Source of the DNA: Octopus vulgaris
Lineage: Eukaryota
Direction of reading: 5' to 3'
NCBI GenBank assembly: GCA_951406725.2
Contig: OX597827.1
Span: forward strand, 10,602,001-10,666,000
DNA: 64,000 nt
In this document: piece by piece, positions 51,450 to 64,000 of the stretch
How the letters are laid out: every line of letters begins with the position of its first letter
Numbering within the stretch: position 1 is the first letter of the stretch
Notes under the pieces: generated by a model
What the model was told of the DNA's origin: nothing
Databases searched by the model: none
What the model saw: the letters and a program-made list of their open reading frames with translations, nothing else
Position numbers and translations under genes: made by a program

Positions 51450-52670
51450 TAATAAATGAATAAAACATATGCATATATACATACATATATGTACGTACCT
51501 ACCTCTACATGTATATATACATGCATATATGTGTACAGGACACCAAAAAGAACGTCGAACACAATGAGAAATGAAAACATAAACACAAACCCAAGGAAAT
51601 GGACATTTTTCTTAAACAATGAAAAAATAGAATGTTGTTTTACACGCGCCACCGGCACAAGTGCCAGTAAGGCGACACTGGTAATGATCATACTCGAATG
51701 GTGCTTATATGTGTATATATATATAATAAATTAATAAATTAATAAAACATATGCATATATACATACATATATGTACGTACCTACCTCTACATGTATGTAT
51801 ACATGCATATATGGGTACAGGACACCAAAAAAACGTCGAACACAATGAGAAACAAAAACATAAACACAAAACCAAGGAAATGGACATTTTTCTTAAACAA
51901 CGAAAAAATAGAGTACATACAAAATAAGGAAAATTCCCCTTCTTCAGTAGCCTTTGTTTCATCTACTCCACGTTTCGAAGGTCAAGGCGATACATGACTT
52001 TAATGAAACAATCCTTCCCGCGAAAATAAAATTAAACAAAATTTGAGATTTTTTTGCGGAGGGGTAAAAATGGTAACAAAAACAGGACAGTAACGACAGT
52101 ACAAAATATAAACAGTAAAAGACAGGACAAGGAGAATAACTATATATCATCATCATCATCATCATCGTTTAACGTCCGCTTTCCATGCTAGCATGGGTTG
52201 GACGGTTCAACTGGGGTCTGGGAAGCCTGAAGGCTGCACCAGGCCAGTCAGATCTGGCAGTGTTTCTACAGCTGGATGCCCTTCCTAACGCCAACCACTC
52301 CGAGAGTGTAATGGGTGATTTTATGTGCCACCAACACAGGTGCCAGACGAGGCTAGTGAACGGCCACGCTCGGATGGTGTTTTTTATGTGCCACCGACAC
52401 AGGTGCCAGACGGGGCTGGCGAACGGCCACGCTCGGATGGTGCTTTTTATGTGCCACCGACACAGGTGCCAGACGAGGCTGGTGAACGGCCACGCTCGGA
52501 TGGTGTTTGTTACGTGCCCACAGCACAGTGGCTAGTCGATGCAGCACTGGCTACGGCCACGTTCGGATGGTTTACTTATGTGCCACCGGCACTTGTACCA
52601 CAAAGATACAAATTCCATTGATATTCATCGATTTTGATTTGGTTTGATTTTCACTTGTCTCAACAGGTCT
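51074..52670 (-). mobile_element. Family D copies (51074-51380, 52147-52670) with a 326-bp local duplication (51304/51630) and internal 63-bp tandem repeats (52321-52520)
   Basis: Direct self-alignment. Confidence 0.82.
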
Positions 52671-52896
52671 TCACAAGTGTCCCAGGTCTTCACAAATGTT
52701 GGGACACTTGTGAATATATATATCTGTTAATTGTTATTTTCAATATTTTTCTCACTGGATTAAGTGGTCATTTCTCATTTTGGATCTTCTTTATATATGA
52801 AAAATTTTTCTCCGTCTGGCTGTTTTTCTCTCTACAAAATGGAAAATTGAATTTTGGAACAGTCAATTTAACAATTTTTTATTTATTTATTGATTT

Positions 52897-53000
52897 ATCA
52901 CCTGACGAGATACATCTGTACCTTCAGATACCCCTGAACCAGTTTTTGTGTGTCCCACAAGAGGAGTCGATGCTGGATGTGTCGAAACAATTGTTGTGGT
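52897..53000 (+). ncRNA. Type I hammerhead with long stem II insert
   Basis: aucac-CUGACGA-gauacaucu...ggauguguc-GAAAC-AAUU-GUU-guggu. 5-bp stem I, 9-bp stem II, palindromic stem III. (TA)n begins about 45 nt downstream. Confidence 0.82.
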
Positions 53001-53042
53001 TAATAATATATTCTTGTATATTCCATCTTCTGTCTTCCATTT

Positions 53043-53538
<496 letters not shown>

Positions 53539-53582
53539 ATGTATGTATGTGTATATATATATATTTATATATATGTATATTT

Positions 53583-53623
<41 letters not shown>

Positions 53624-53899
53624 AATATATATGTGTTCTATATATATATATATATATATATAAATATATAAAATGATATATATATTTTGATGATAACATA
53701 TTTATGTGTGTGTGTATGAGTGTCTATATATATATATATGTATACATAGTGAGAGAGAAAGAAATGGGGGAGGGAGAGAGACCAGTTGCAGGATTCATTA
53801 GAATCTAGGTATATCAACAGGATTGGTTGGGCACATAGTACTGGCAATACAATACGTTAAGGAAATTCTTAGCTGTTGTCTCTTGCTAGTGTGCTGTAA

Positions 53900-53990
<91 letters not shown>

Positions 53991-54089
53991 AATATACACC
54001 TAGATAGATACATATATACACAGGTACCTAATCCAGTGTCAACTGCAGATCCAACCCAGGGATGTCTCCAAGTGTAGCTTATGTGCGAA

Positions 54090-54415
54090 AGAAGAACATA
54101 AGTGGGGTTCAAAATTCACAACAGCTGTTTCAGTAGCATTTTATTGATGAATTCTAATGGGAAAAACTCACCATAGTCAAGTAGATTTTAAACATATAAA
54201 CAGGTAAGGTAGAAATAGAAGATGACTAATTCACCAACTACCATGCTGGTTGGTGAACTAGTCATCTTCAATTTCTACCTTACCTTTTATATATTTATGT
54301 GTTTAAAATTTACCTGACTATGGCAGATTTTTGGCATGATATATTCTAAGAATGCATGAATAAAATGCTGCTGAAGAAGCTGTTGTAAATTTTGAACCCC
54401 ACTATTGTGCTTCTT
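54090..54415. mobile_element. ~325-bp fold-back element with two decayed hammerhead-like motifs
   Basis: Arms mirror about 54244. aaauuuac-CUGACUA...GAA(AC/GA)AGCUGUU-guaaauuu with an 8-bp stem I. Confidence 0.7.
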
Positions 54416-54425
54416 ATATGTATGT

Positions 54426-54469
<44 letters not shown>

Positions 54470-54567
54470 GTGCATTATGCCGCCTTCTCATCAGGAAAAG
54501 TAAGGAACTTATGTCAGCATCAAGATGCACAAAAACTTTTAGATGACTGCCCCCACAGAGCCCATAG

Positions 54568-54627
<60 letters not shown>

Positions 54628-54682
54628 GTATATATATGTATATATGTATGTATATTTTTATGTATATGTATATATATATATG

Positions 54683-54727
<45 letters not shown>

Positions 54728-55110
54728 TACATGCACACCACGTTAATATTGCAAAATCTGAAAAATATTTGCACACAGAAATAAAAATGGAATTAAATGT
54801 AAGGAACCAGCTGCAGTGTACAAGAATGATGACTGCACAGTTGCAGAAACGTGATGCATATTGGAGATGGCAATTGTGTACAGAAGCATTAAACTATTGA
54901 AATAGAAAGGAACTTGCTAAACAGAAAAAAAAACTAAGGAAGATGCTTGAAGAAGTTGTAAAAGTCGAATTCAAAATGTTGAAGCTCATAATGGATATGA
55001 CAAAGAACTATAATAACAAGTGGGAAGATGCTGTGATAGAGAATACTTGTCCTGGCCGCCAAAATATTGAGCATAAGTAGAGGAAGACTACTTGTATGTA
55101 TGTAAACAAA

Positions 55111-55495
55111 GTGGAGGCGCAATGACCCAGTGGTTAGGGCAGCGGACTCACGGTCGTAGGATCGCGGTTTCGATTCCCAGACCGGGCGTTGTGAGTGTTT
55201 ATTGAGCGAAAACACCTAAAGCTCCACGAGGCTCTGGCAGGGGATGGTGGTGATCCCTGCTGTACTCTTTCACCACAACTTTCTCTCACTCTTACTTCCT
55301 GTTTCTGTTGTACCTGTATTTCAAAGGGCCGGCCTTGTCACTCTCTGTGTCACGCTGAATATCCCCGAGAACTACGTTAAGTGTACACGTGTCTGTGGAG
55401 TGCTCAGCCACTTACACGTTAATTTCATGAGCAGGCTGTTCCATTGATTCGGATCAACCGGAACCCTCATCGTCGTAACCGACGGAGTGCTTCCA
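55111..55495 (+). mobile_element. SINE family A, full length
   Basis: TSD ATGTAAACAAA. Confidence 0.92.
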
Positions 55496-56587
55496 TCATG
55501 TAAACAAAATTGTTCCAGACATCAACTCATTTACATAATGGTGCAAAGTTCACGCCCTGACATTAATCACCAAGAGTACCAATACAATGTTTGTTATGAA
55601 TACATAAATAGAAAGAGTCATATCTGAATGTCATATCTAAATGTATTTAGTTTCACGGTGATATTTGGCTCTATGAAGTGCTTTTGTTTTTTTGTGTTTT
55701 TTTTTTGTTGTTTTTTTTGTCAGTGGTAAGAGCTGAAGATCAAATCATCCAGTTTTGTTGTTATTGAACAAACTCAACACAGTATTCGCTTACCTCTCTC
55801 CCTTCTGAGGTGCCTAAGTGATAGGAGCAAAAATCTACTTATTAAAACATATATAAGTATATGGCCCAGACACAATTTATTTAAATAATGGTACGAAGAT
55901 GACAGCCTGCCAATAATTACAAGAGTAACAATATATCATGGAATAAATAAATAAGGAATTTAGTCTGGTGCTGTAGAGATATGACCATTTTCATAAAATC
56001 AAGCTTGCTGTTATTTTGTGAAAAAGAATATTCATTTTTAAGTAGAAAATATGAATGATTTCAAATAATGGATGTTGTGTTGTTCATGCATTTTTCAATA
56101 GTATTATCTAAGCTGGAGACACAGGATTCAATTTGGGCTGCACTCACCAAAATATATTGCTGTCATAACTTAATTCTTTAACTGGTTTTGATCATTGAAC
56201 TTGGGCAATGGAGGGACATTACCTTCAAAGGATTTCAACAAATTATGTGATGTGAACATCAGTCATTTTATCAATCTCTGTTATTGAATGCTAAGTTTAA
56301 AGTATGGCTTTGAACCATGTAGCAGCAAAGTGAACATCTTATTCACACAACTATATTTGTATTCCTAATAGAATTATATATCATGTTGAAAACGAAATCC
56401 TGTTGCACTTCAAGATGGGAAAGAAACGAAAGCTTCTTAAGTCTTAATTGATATATTTAATCATGATAATATTCACCTTCATTATTGATAAGATAATCCC
56501 AACTATCTGTCAAATTTTTAATCCCTCAGGTATAACATTTTTCTGGTTTTGAAGCAAAGAAACATTCAATATCTCATTCTTGCCCAC

Positions 56588-57022
56588 ATCATCATCATCA
56601 TCATCATCATCATCGTTTAACGTCTGCTTTCCATGCTAGCATGGGTTGGACGGTTCAACTGGGGTCTGGGAAGCCAGAAGGCTGCAGCAGACCCAGTCTG
56701 ATCTGGCAGTGTTTCTACAGCTGGATGCCCTTCCTAACGCCAACCACTCCAAGAGCATAGTGGGTGCTTTTTATGTGCCAGACGAGGCTGGCAAACGGCC
56801 ACGATCGGATGGTGCTTTTTACGTGCCACTGGCATGGAGACCAGACGAAGCTGGCAATGGCCACGGTCGGATGGTGCTTTTTACATGCCACCGGCACAGA
56901 AGCCAGTCAGGGCGGCGCTGGCTATGGCCACATTCGGATGGTTCCCTTACGTGCCACTGGCACTGGTATCACAGCTACAAATTCCACTGATGTTGATAGA
57001 TTACGATTTTGATTTTCACTTG
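56588..57022 (-). mobile_element. Family D retroposon
   Basis: Family match with (CAT)n. Confidence 0.85.
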
Positions 57023-57129
57023 CCTCATAAACTGTTTTCCCTCTAATAATGTTTGCAAAGATCTGAAAAGATGATAGTAAGATGGAACAGAGTTAGGAGC
57101 AGTAAGAATTTCATATTTAGTGCCATTAA

Positions 57130-57680
57130 TATTTTCCCGGGTGATCTTGGAAATATATGGTCATACATTATCATGTTATAGCAACACCCTTTTACAATTG
57201 ATCAATGATGGGTGCTTTTTCTGAAAATAATAGTACAATGCTTCCAAATGATTACAATATTTCTCTACTTTAAGTGTTTCATTTTGGTTCAAAACTTCAT
57301 CATATACAATACCCTTCACATCCCACCAAACACAGAGCATAACTTTTGGGAAATGTATTCTTAGTTTGAGGATGGATTTTCTTTTTTGCAGTGAGAAAGA
57401 TAATTTCAGTTCTTTTCATTAGATATCACTTGTAATGACTGTACCCAGGAAAGTTTTGGTAAAAGTCTACTCTTCAATAACAAGCAGAGGACAGCCCTTT
57501 GATTAAGCTGAGTAGCAGTCAGTTGATGACAGATCCACTGGTCAAGTTTAGACACTTTTCTTTGTTCATGAAGGTGTTTTATGGACAAAGAATTACTTAA
57601 ATTTGAACTGTTTTGCTAATTCTCATGCAGTTTGATTTGGACCATCTTCAATTGTGGCTGAGTTGCTGTGTTTCTGGTTG
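57130..57680 (-). pseudogene. Decayed mariner transposase
   Basis: HLHEQRKVSKLDQWICHQLT (WVPHEL-like), then across frameshifts PKVMLCVWWDVKGIVYDEVL.QNETL....YC..L...KKHPSL.NCKRVLL*HDNV*PY (HDNARPH-like). Confidence 0.85.
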
Positions 57681-58299
57681 AACTTAAGGCAACCAGTGAC
57701 TAAAAACCCTAGAAGAGAAGCTAATGAAGGACTCCTTAATAGTTATTTGATTAACTAAATACAGTAGCAAAATCTCTCCCAGATCACATCTTTTAATCAT
57801 GAAAAAAAAAAAGAAAAACTGGATAATTCAACTTTAACAACACTGTGTCTGAAAATAAGTCGACAAGATGGTCAAGGTTGGAAGGTCTTTTATTTTAGGT
57901 TACCTGAATCAGGACTGACTTGAAGTTAAACAACAACTACAATATCAACTTTAGCGTACGTAATTCCTCTGTTTGTGTGCTTGTTACCAACGGAAGTCGG
58001 CAAGGGAGCCTCTATACAGTTGCTGGAATTGCTAGAAATGACAGCAAATTCTCCTTCAAATTACACTCTGCCCTCCATCCATCCAACCATCCATCAAACC
58101 ATCCATCCATCCATCCATCCAACCATCCATCCAACCATCCATCCATCCACTCATCCATCCATCCAACCATCCATCCCTCCATTCATCCATCCACTCATCC
58201 ATCCATCCAACCATCCATCCCTCCATTCATCCATCAATCCAACCATCCATCCATCCATCCATCCATCCATCCATCCATCCAACCATGTGTGTGTGTACA

Positions 58300-58334
<35 letters not shown>

Positions 58335-58338
<4 letters not shown>

Positions 58339-58567
58339 TCTTTACTATCCACAAGGGGCTAAACACAGAGGTGATAAACAAGGACAGACAAAGGGATTAA
58401 GTCGATTACATCGACCCCAGTGCATAACTGGTACTTAATTTATCGACTCTGAAAAGATGAAAGGCAAAGTCGACCTCGGTGGAATTTGAACTCAGAACGT
58501 AACGGCAGATGAAATATGGCTATGCATTTCACCCAGCCTGCCAACGTTTCTGCCAGCTCGCAGCCTT
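58335..58567 (-). mobile_element. SINE family B, next to a (CCAT)n tract at 58073-58285
   Basis: Family match. Confidence 0.88.
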
Positions 58568-59423
58568 GGTAAATCAACCTGAATGAAAATTGAACCCACA
58601 ATGGAATGAGTCAGAGAAAATACTGCAAAGGAATTTTTTCTGCTACTGTAACATTTCTGCCAGTTTGTTGCCTTACTACAAGCACTAGTGGTGCCATTGT
58701 AAAAAGTTTGTATCATTAAATTCTTCATCTCCATTGCCATCATCTTTCCATTTTTATTTCTAATTCCACCGTTACTACTACTACCACATTCCACCACCAC
58801 CACACCAGAAAGGAATGGAGGCCTCTACATGATCATTCAACTTATTAGAAATAGCAACCCTATTTCTCTCAAATCACACTTTATTGTCTTAAGAAAGGAA
58901 GGACATGTTGGATGATGTAATTACCGAAATACAAAAAAGAATGAAATCATCGCAACAGGAAAAATGTCTTTGAAAATGGTTCTGTTGGATCAAGAATGGA
59001 ATGCCTTTCATCTTAGGTCAGCTGGATCAGAATTGGAATGTCTTTGATCATAGGTCTGCCTGCAGGATCAGGGTTGACCTGGGGCTAAAAACAAAAAAGT
59101 AATGACATGAACAGAGATGGTCACCAATACTGCGTTTCTTCAAATATTCCTACTAAATTACCATTGCAAAAAAATAAAAAAATTATTTCTATCATTGTTG
59201 CAAAATCATCATCATAATTAATGCCACAACATCATCATGACAACCACCAACCACCATCATGTTGAATAAATCACACTACAGCACAATTATCATACACCAC
59301 TACAACCCCCCCCGTTTCCATCATCATCAGCACCACCACCACTGTCGATGCCACCACCGCCATCAGCACCACCACAACTTCCGCCACTGTCACCAACACA
59401 ACCAAGACCACCAGCACCACTGG

Positions 59424-62400
59424 TCACTGCCACCACCACCACCACCACTACTGTCACTACCACCACCACCACCACTACCACCACCACCACCACTACCACC
59501 ACCACCACCACCACTACTGACACCACCACTACCACCACCACCACCACCACCACCACTACCACCACCACCACCACCACTACTACCACCACCACCACCACCA
59601 CCACCACCACCACCACCACCACCACCACCACCACCACTACTGTCACCACTACCACCACCACCACCACCACTACTGTCACCACTACCACCACCACCACCAC
59701 CACTACTGTCACCACTACTACCACCACCACCACCACCACTACCACCACCACCACCACTACTGTCACCACCACCACCACCACCACCACCACTACCACCACT
59801 ACTGTCACCACTACCACCACCACCACCACCACTACTGTCACCACTACCACCACCACCACCACCACTACTGTCACCACTACCACCACCACCACCACCACCA
59901 CTACCACCACCACCACCACCACTACTGTCACCACTACCACCACCACCACCACCACTACTACCACCACTACTGTCACCACTACCACCACCACTACCACCAC
60001 TACTGTCACCACTACCACCACCACCACCACCACTACTGTCACCACTACTACCACCACCACCACCACCACCACCACCACCACCACCACTACAGTCACCCTA
60101 CCACCACCACCACCACCACCACTACAGTCACCCTACCACTACCACTACCACCACGACCACTACTACTACCACTGCTGCCATCGCAGCTCAATATAAACTT
60201 CAGGACACCATCTTCACTACAAGCATAAACAAAACAAAAAAAACCATCGCCATCACCACATTCACCACCGTCATCATCATCACTATAACCATCAGCTAAC
60301 ATCATCGCAGCCCACCACCACCACCACCACCAGCATCAGTACCAGCATTAACACCATTAATGCCACCACCACCACTAACATCACTCCTTACTACTGCCAC
60401 AACCATTCTCATCACCCCCAACCTTCACCATCACCACCATCACCACCACCATCACCACCACCACCACCGTAATTATTACAGCTCAACTACACCACCTCTA
60501 CCACCACCACCACTACCACCACCACTACCACTACCACCACCACCACCACCACCACCACCGCTACTGTCACCACTACCACCACTACCACCACCACTACCAC
60601 CACTACCACCACCACCACCACTCACCACTACCACCACCGCTACTGTCACCACTACCACCACTACCACCACCACTACCACCACCACCACTACTGTCACCAC
60701 TACCACCACCACCACCACCACTACTGTCACCACTACTACCACCACCACCACCACCACTACCACCACCACCACCACCACTACTGTCACCACTACCACCACC
60801 ACCACCACCACTGACCACCACCACCACTGGAATGAGTCAGAGAAAACTACTGCAAAGGAATTTTTTTCTGCTACTGTAACATTTCTGCCACCAGTCGCCA
60901 CCACCACCAGTGGTGCCATTGTAAAAAGTTTGTCACCATTAAATTCTTCACCTCCACCACCACCATCTTTCCATTTTTATTTCTAATTCCACCGTCACAC
61001 TACTACCACCATTCCACCACCACCACACCAGAAAGGAATGGACCACCTCTACTGATCATTCAACTTATTAGAAACTAGCAACCCTATTTCTCTCAAATCA
61101 CCACTTTATTGTCTTAAGAAAGGAAGGACATGTTGGATGATGTAATTACCGAAATACCAAAAAGAATGAAATCACCAACCACCAAGAATGGAACCACTAC
61201 TGTCACCACTACCACCACCACCACTACTGTCACCACTACTACCACCACCACCACCACCACTACCACCACCACCACCACTACTGTCACCACTACCACCACC
61301 ACCACCACCACTACCACCACCACCACCACTACTGTCACCACTACTGTCACCACTACTGTCACCACTACTACCACCACCACCACCACCACTACCACCACCA
61401 CCACCACTACTGTCACCACTACCACCACCACCACCACCACCACTACCACCACCACCACTACTGTCACCACTACTACCACCACCACCACCACCACTACCAC
61501 CACCACCACCACTACTGTCACCACTACCACCACCACCACCACCACTACCACCACCACCACTACTGTCACCACTACTACCACCACCACCACCACCACTACC
61601 ACCACCACCACTACTGTCACCACTACCACCACCACCACCACCACTACCACCACCACCGCTACTGTCACCACTACCACCACTACCACCACCACTACCACCA
61701 CCACCACCACTACTGTCACCACTACCACCACCACCACCACCACTACTGTCACCACTACTACCACCACCACCACCACCACTACCACCACCACCACCACTAC
61801 TGTCACCACTACCACCACCACCACCACCACTACCACCACCACCACTACTGTCACCACTACTACCACCACCACCACCACCACTACCACCACCACCACCACT
61901 ACTGTCACCACTACCACCACCACCACTACTGTCACCACTACTACCACCACCACCACCACCACTACCACCACCACCACCGCTACTGTCACCACTACCACCA
62001 CTACCACCACCACTACCACCACCACCACTACTGTCACCACTACCACCACCACCACCACCACTACTGTCACCACTACTACCACCACCACCACCACCACTAC
62101 CACCACCACCACCACTACTGTCACCACTACCACCACCACCACCACCACCACCACTACTGTCACCACTACCACCACCACCACCACCACTACTGTCACCACT
62201 ACCACCACCACCACCACCACTACTGTCACCACTACCACCACCACCACCACCACCACCACCACCACCACCACCACTACTGTCACCACTACCACCACCACCA
62301 CCACCACTACCACCACTACTGTCACCACTACCACCACCACCACCACCACTACTGTCACCACTACCACCACCACCACCACCACTACTGTCACCACTACCAC

Positions 62401-63466
62401 CACCACCACCACCACCACCACCACCACCACCACTACAGTCACCCTACCACCACCACCACCACCACCACTACAGTCACCCTACCACTACCACTACCACCAC
62501 GACCACTACTACTACCACTGCTGCCATCGCAGCTCAATATAAACTTCAGGACACCATCTTCACTACAAGCATAAACAAAACAAAAAAAAAACCATCGCCA
62601 TCACCACATTCACCACCGTCATCATCATCACTATAACCATCAGCTAACATCATCGCAGCCCACCACCACCACCACCACCAGCATCAGTACCAGCATTAAC
62701 ACCATTAATGCCACCACCACCACCACCACTAACATCACTCCTTACTACTGCCACAACCATTCTCATCACCCCCCAACCTTCACCATCACCACCACCACCA
62801 CCGTAATTATTACAGCTCAACTACACCACCTCTACCACCACCACCACTACCACCACCACTACCACTACCACCACCACCACCACCACCACCACCGCTACTG
62901 TCACCACTACCACCACTACCACCACCACCGCTACTGTCACCACTACCACCACCACCGCTACTGTCACCACTACCACCACCACCGCTACTGTCACCACTAC
63001 CACCACTACCACCACCACTACCACCACCACCACTACTGTCACCACCACCACCACCACTACCACGACCACGACCACCACCACCACTACCACCACCACCACT
63101 ACCACGACCACGACGACGACCACCACCACCACTACTGTCACCACTACCACCACTACCACCACTACCACCACTAGTGTCACCACCACCACCACCACCACCA
63201 CCACTACTGACACCACTACCACCACCACCACCACCACCACCACTACCACCACCACGACCACCACCACCATCATCATTACCTCTACCACTACCTCCACTAA
63301 CATCACACCTTACTACTGCCACAACCATCCTCATCACCCCCAACCACCTTCACTACCACAACCACCACAACCACCACCATCACCATCACCGTAATTATTA
63401 CAGCTCAACTACACCACCACCACCACCACCACCATCCACCACCACCACCACCACCACGACTACCAC
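59424..63466. repeat. ~4-kb (CAC)n-based satellite with CTACTGTCAC punctuation and a ~2.3-kb apparent tandem duplication
   Basis: 60090-60560 is repeated at 62436-62900, and 58602-58950 at 60828-61180. Confidence 0.9.
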
Positions 63467-64000
63467 TTAGAGCCATATCGTACAATATAGAAGAACTGTG
63501 ACTGACTGGAAACTGGTCTCTCATCAATTTTCTGATTGTCTGATATTGCAAGGAAATGGATCACTTAATAAAGGCGGCAGAAGATAGTCCTCACTGATAG
63601 AGGAAGAGATTCTTCTTCCCTTCTCCTCCTACTATTTTTTCAATGTTGTCCTCTTCCCCGGCACCCCAACCCCATCCTGCGGCTCCCCCCTGACACTGAA
63701 CTCCCCTCAATGGCCTGGATGGTTGGATGGTTGGATGGATGGTTGGCTGGCCTGATCTAACTTGACATTTTACTTGTTCACAGCTCAGCTCTCCTCACAC
63801 ACACACACAAGGAGTTGATATCAATCTAACAGATATCCTTTTTTCTTCACACTTTTAGCCTTATCTCACTGCTTGAACTGGGAGAGAGAGAGAGAGAGAG
63901 CGAGAGCGAGAGTGGAAATGGGGAAGAGGGGGATAAAATGAATGAATGAAAGAATGAATGAATTACTGAAAGAAGGAAGGGAGAGATGGCTGGCTGGCTG

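Noticed and set aside
51935-51982. GAAAC...CUGAAGA on the minus strand as a permuted (type II) hammerhead
   Set aside because: Stem II is plausible, but I could not build stems I and III without using core nucleotides.
54900-55080. About 58 open codons (RKELAKQKKKLRKMLEEVVK...)
   Set aside because: No recognisable motif or convincing splice sites. Possibly an old transposon.
59259-62636. Long poly-Pro/Thr/Val ORFs (346-482 aa) resembling mucin, extensin or formin
   Set aside because: They are open in several frames on both strands because (CAC)n lacks stops. There is no domain, and the region is probably misassembled.
63755-63860. Two CTAAC branch-point plus AG acceptor-like motifs on the plus strand
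   Set aside because: No downstream reading frame or donor is visible before the window ends.

Overview
This is repeat-saturated, AT-rich eukaryotic DNA, not prokaryotic. The SINE repertoire and microsatellite load look like octopus/coleoid cephalopod intronic or intergenic sequence (inference from recognition, not a database match). I can support no intact protein-coding gene, and almost all listed ORFs are translations of microsatellites or SINEs. Recognisable content: at least four abundant SINE families (labelled A-E here, many copies with target-site duplications), two R4/Dong-type non-LTR fragments sitting on (TAA)n, two DD37D maT fossils, one mariner fossil, two non-autonomous Helitrons, two TTAGGG-carrying MITEs, a Penelope-like GIY-YIG fragment in a 1-kb fold-back, a tRNA-Glu retrocopy and large simple repeats. 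The main unexplained signal is about nine well-formed and several decayed type I hammerhead ribozyme motifs (CUGANGA...GAAAC-palindrome-GUH), from several sequence-unrelated short elements. Many lie in or next to (TA)n tracts or in inverted pairs. One element couples a tRNA-like Pol III head to a hammerhead and an inverted terminal copy, a candidate Penelope-mobilised ribozyme SINE. All folds were made by eye and coordinates may be off by a few bases.
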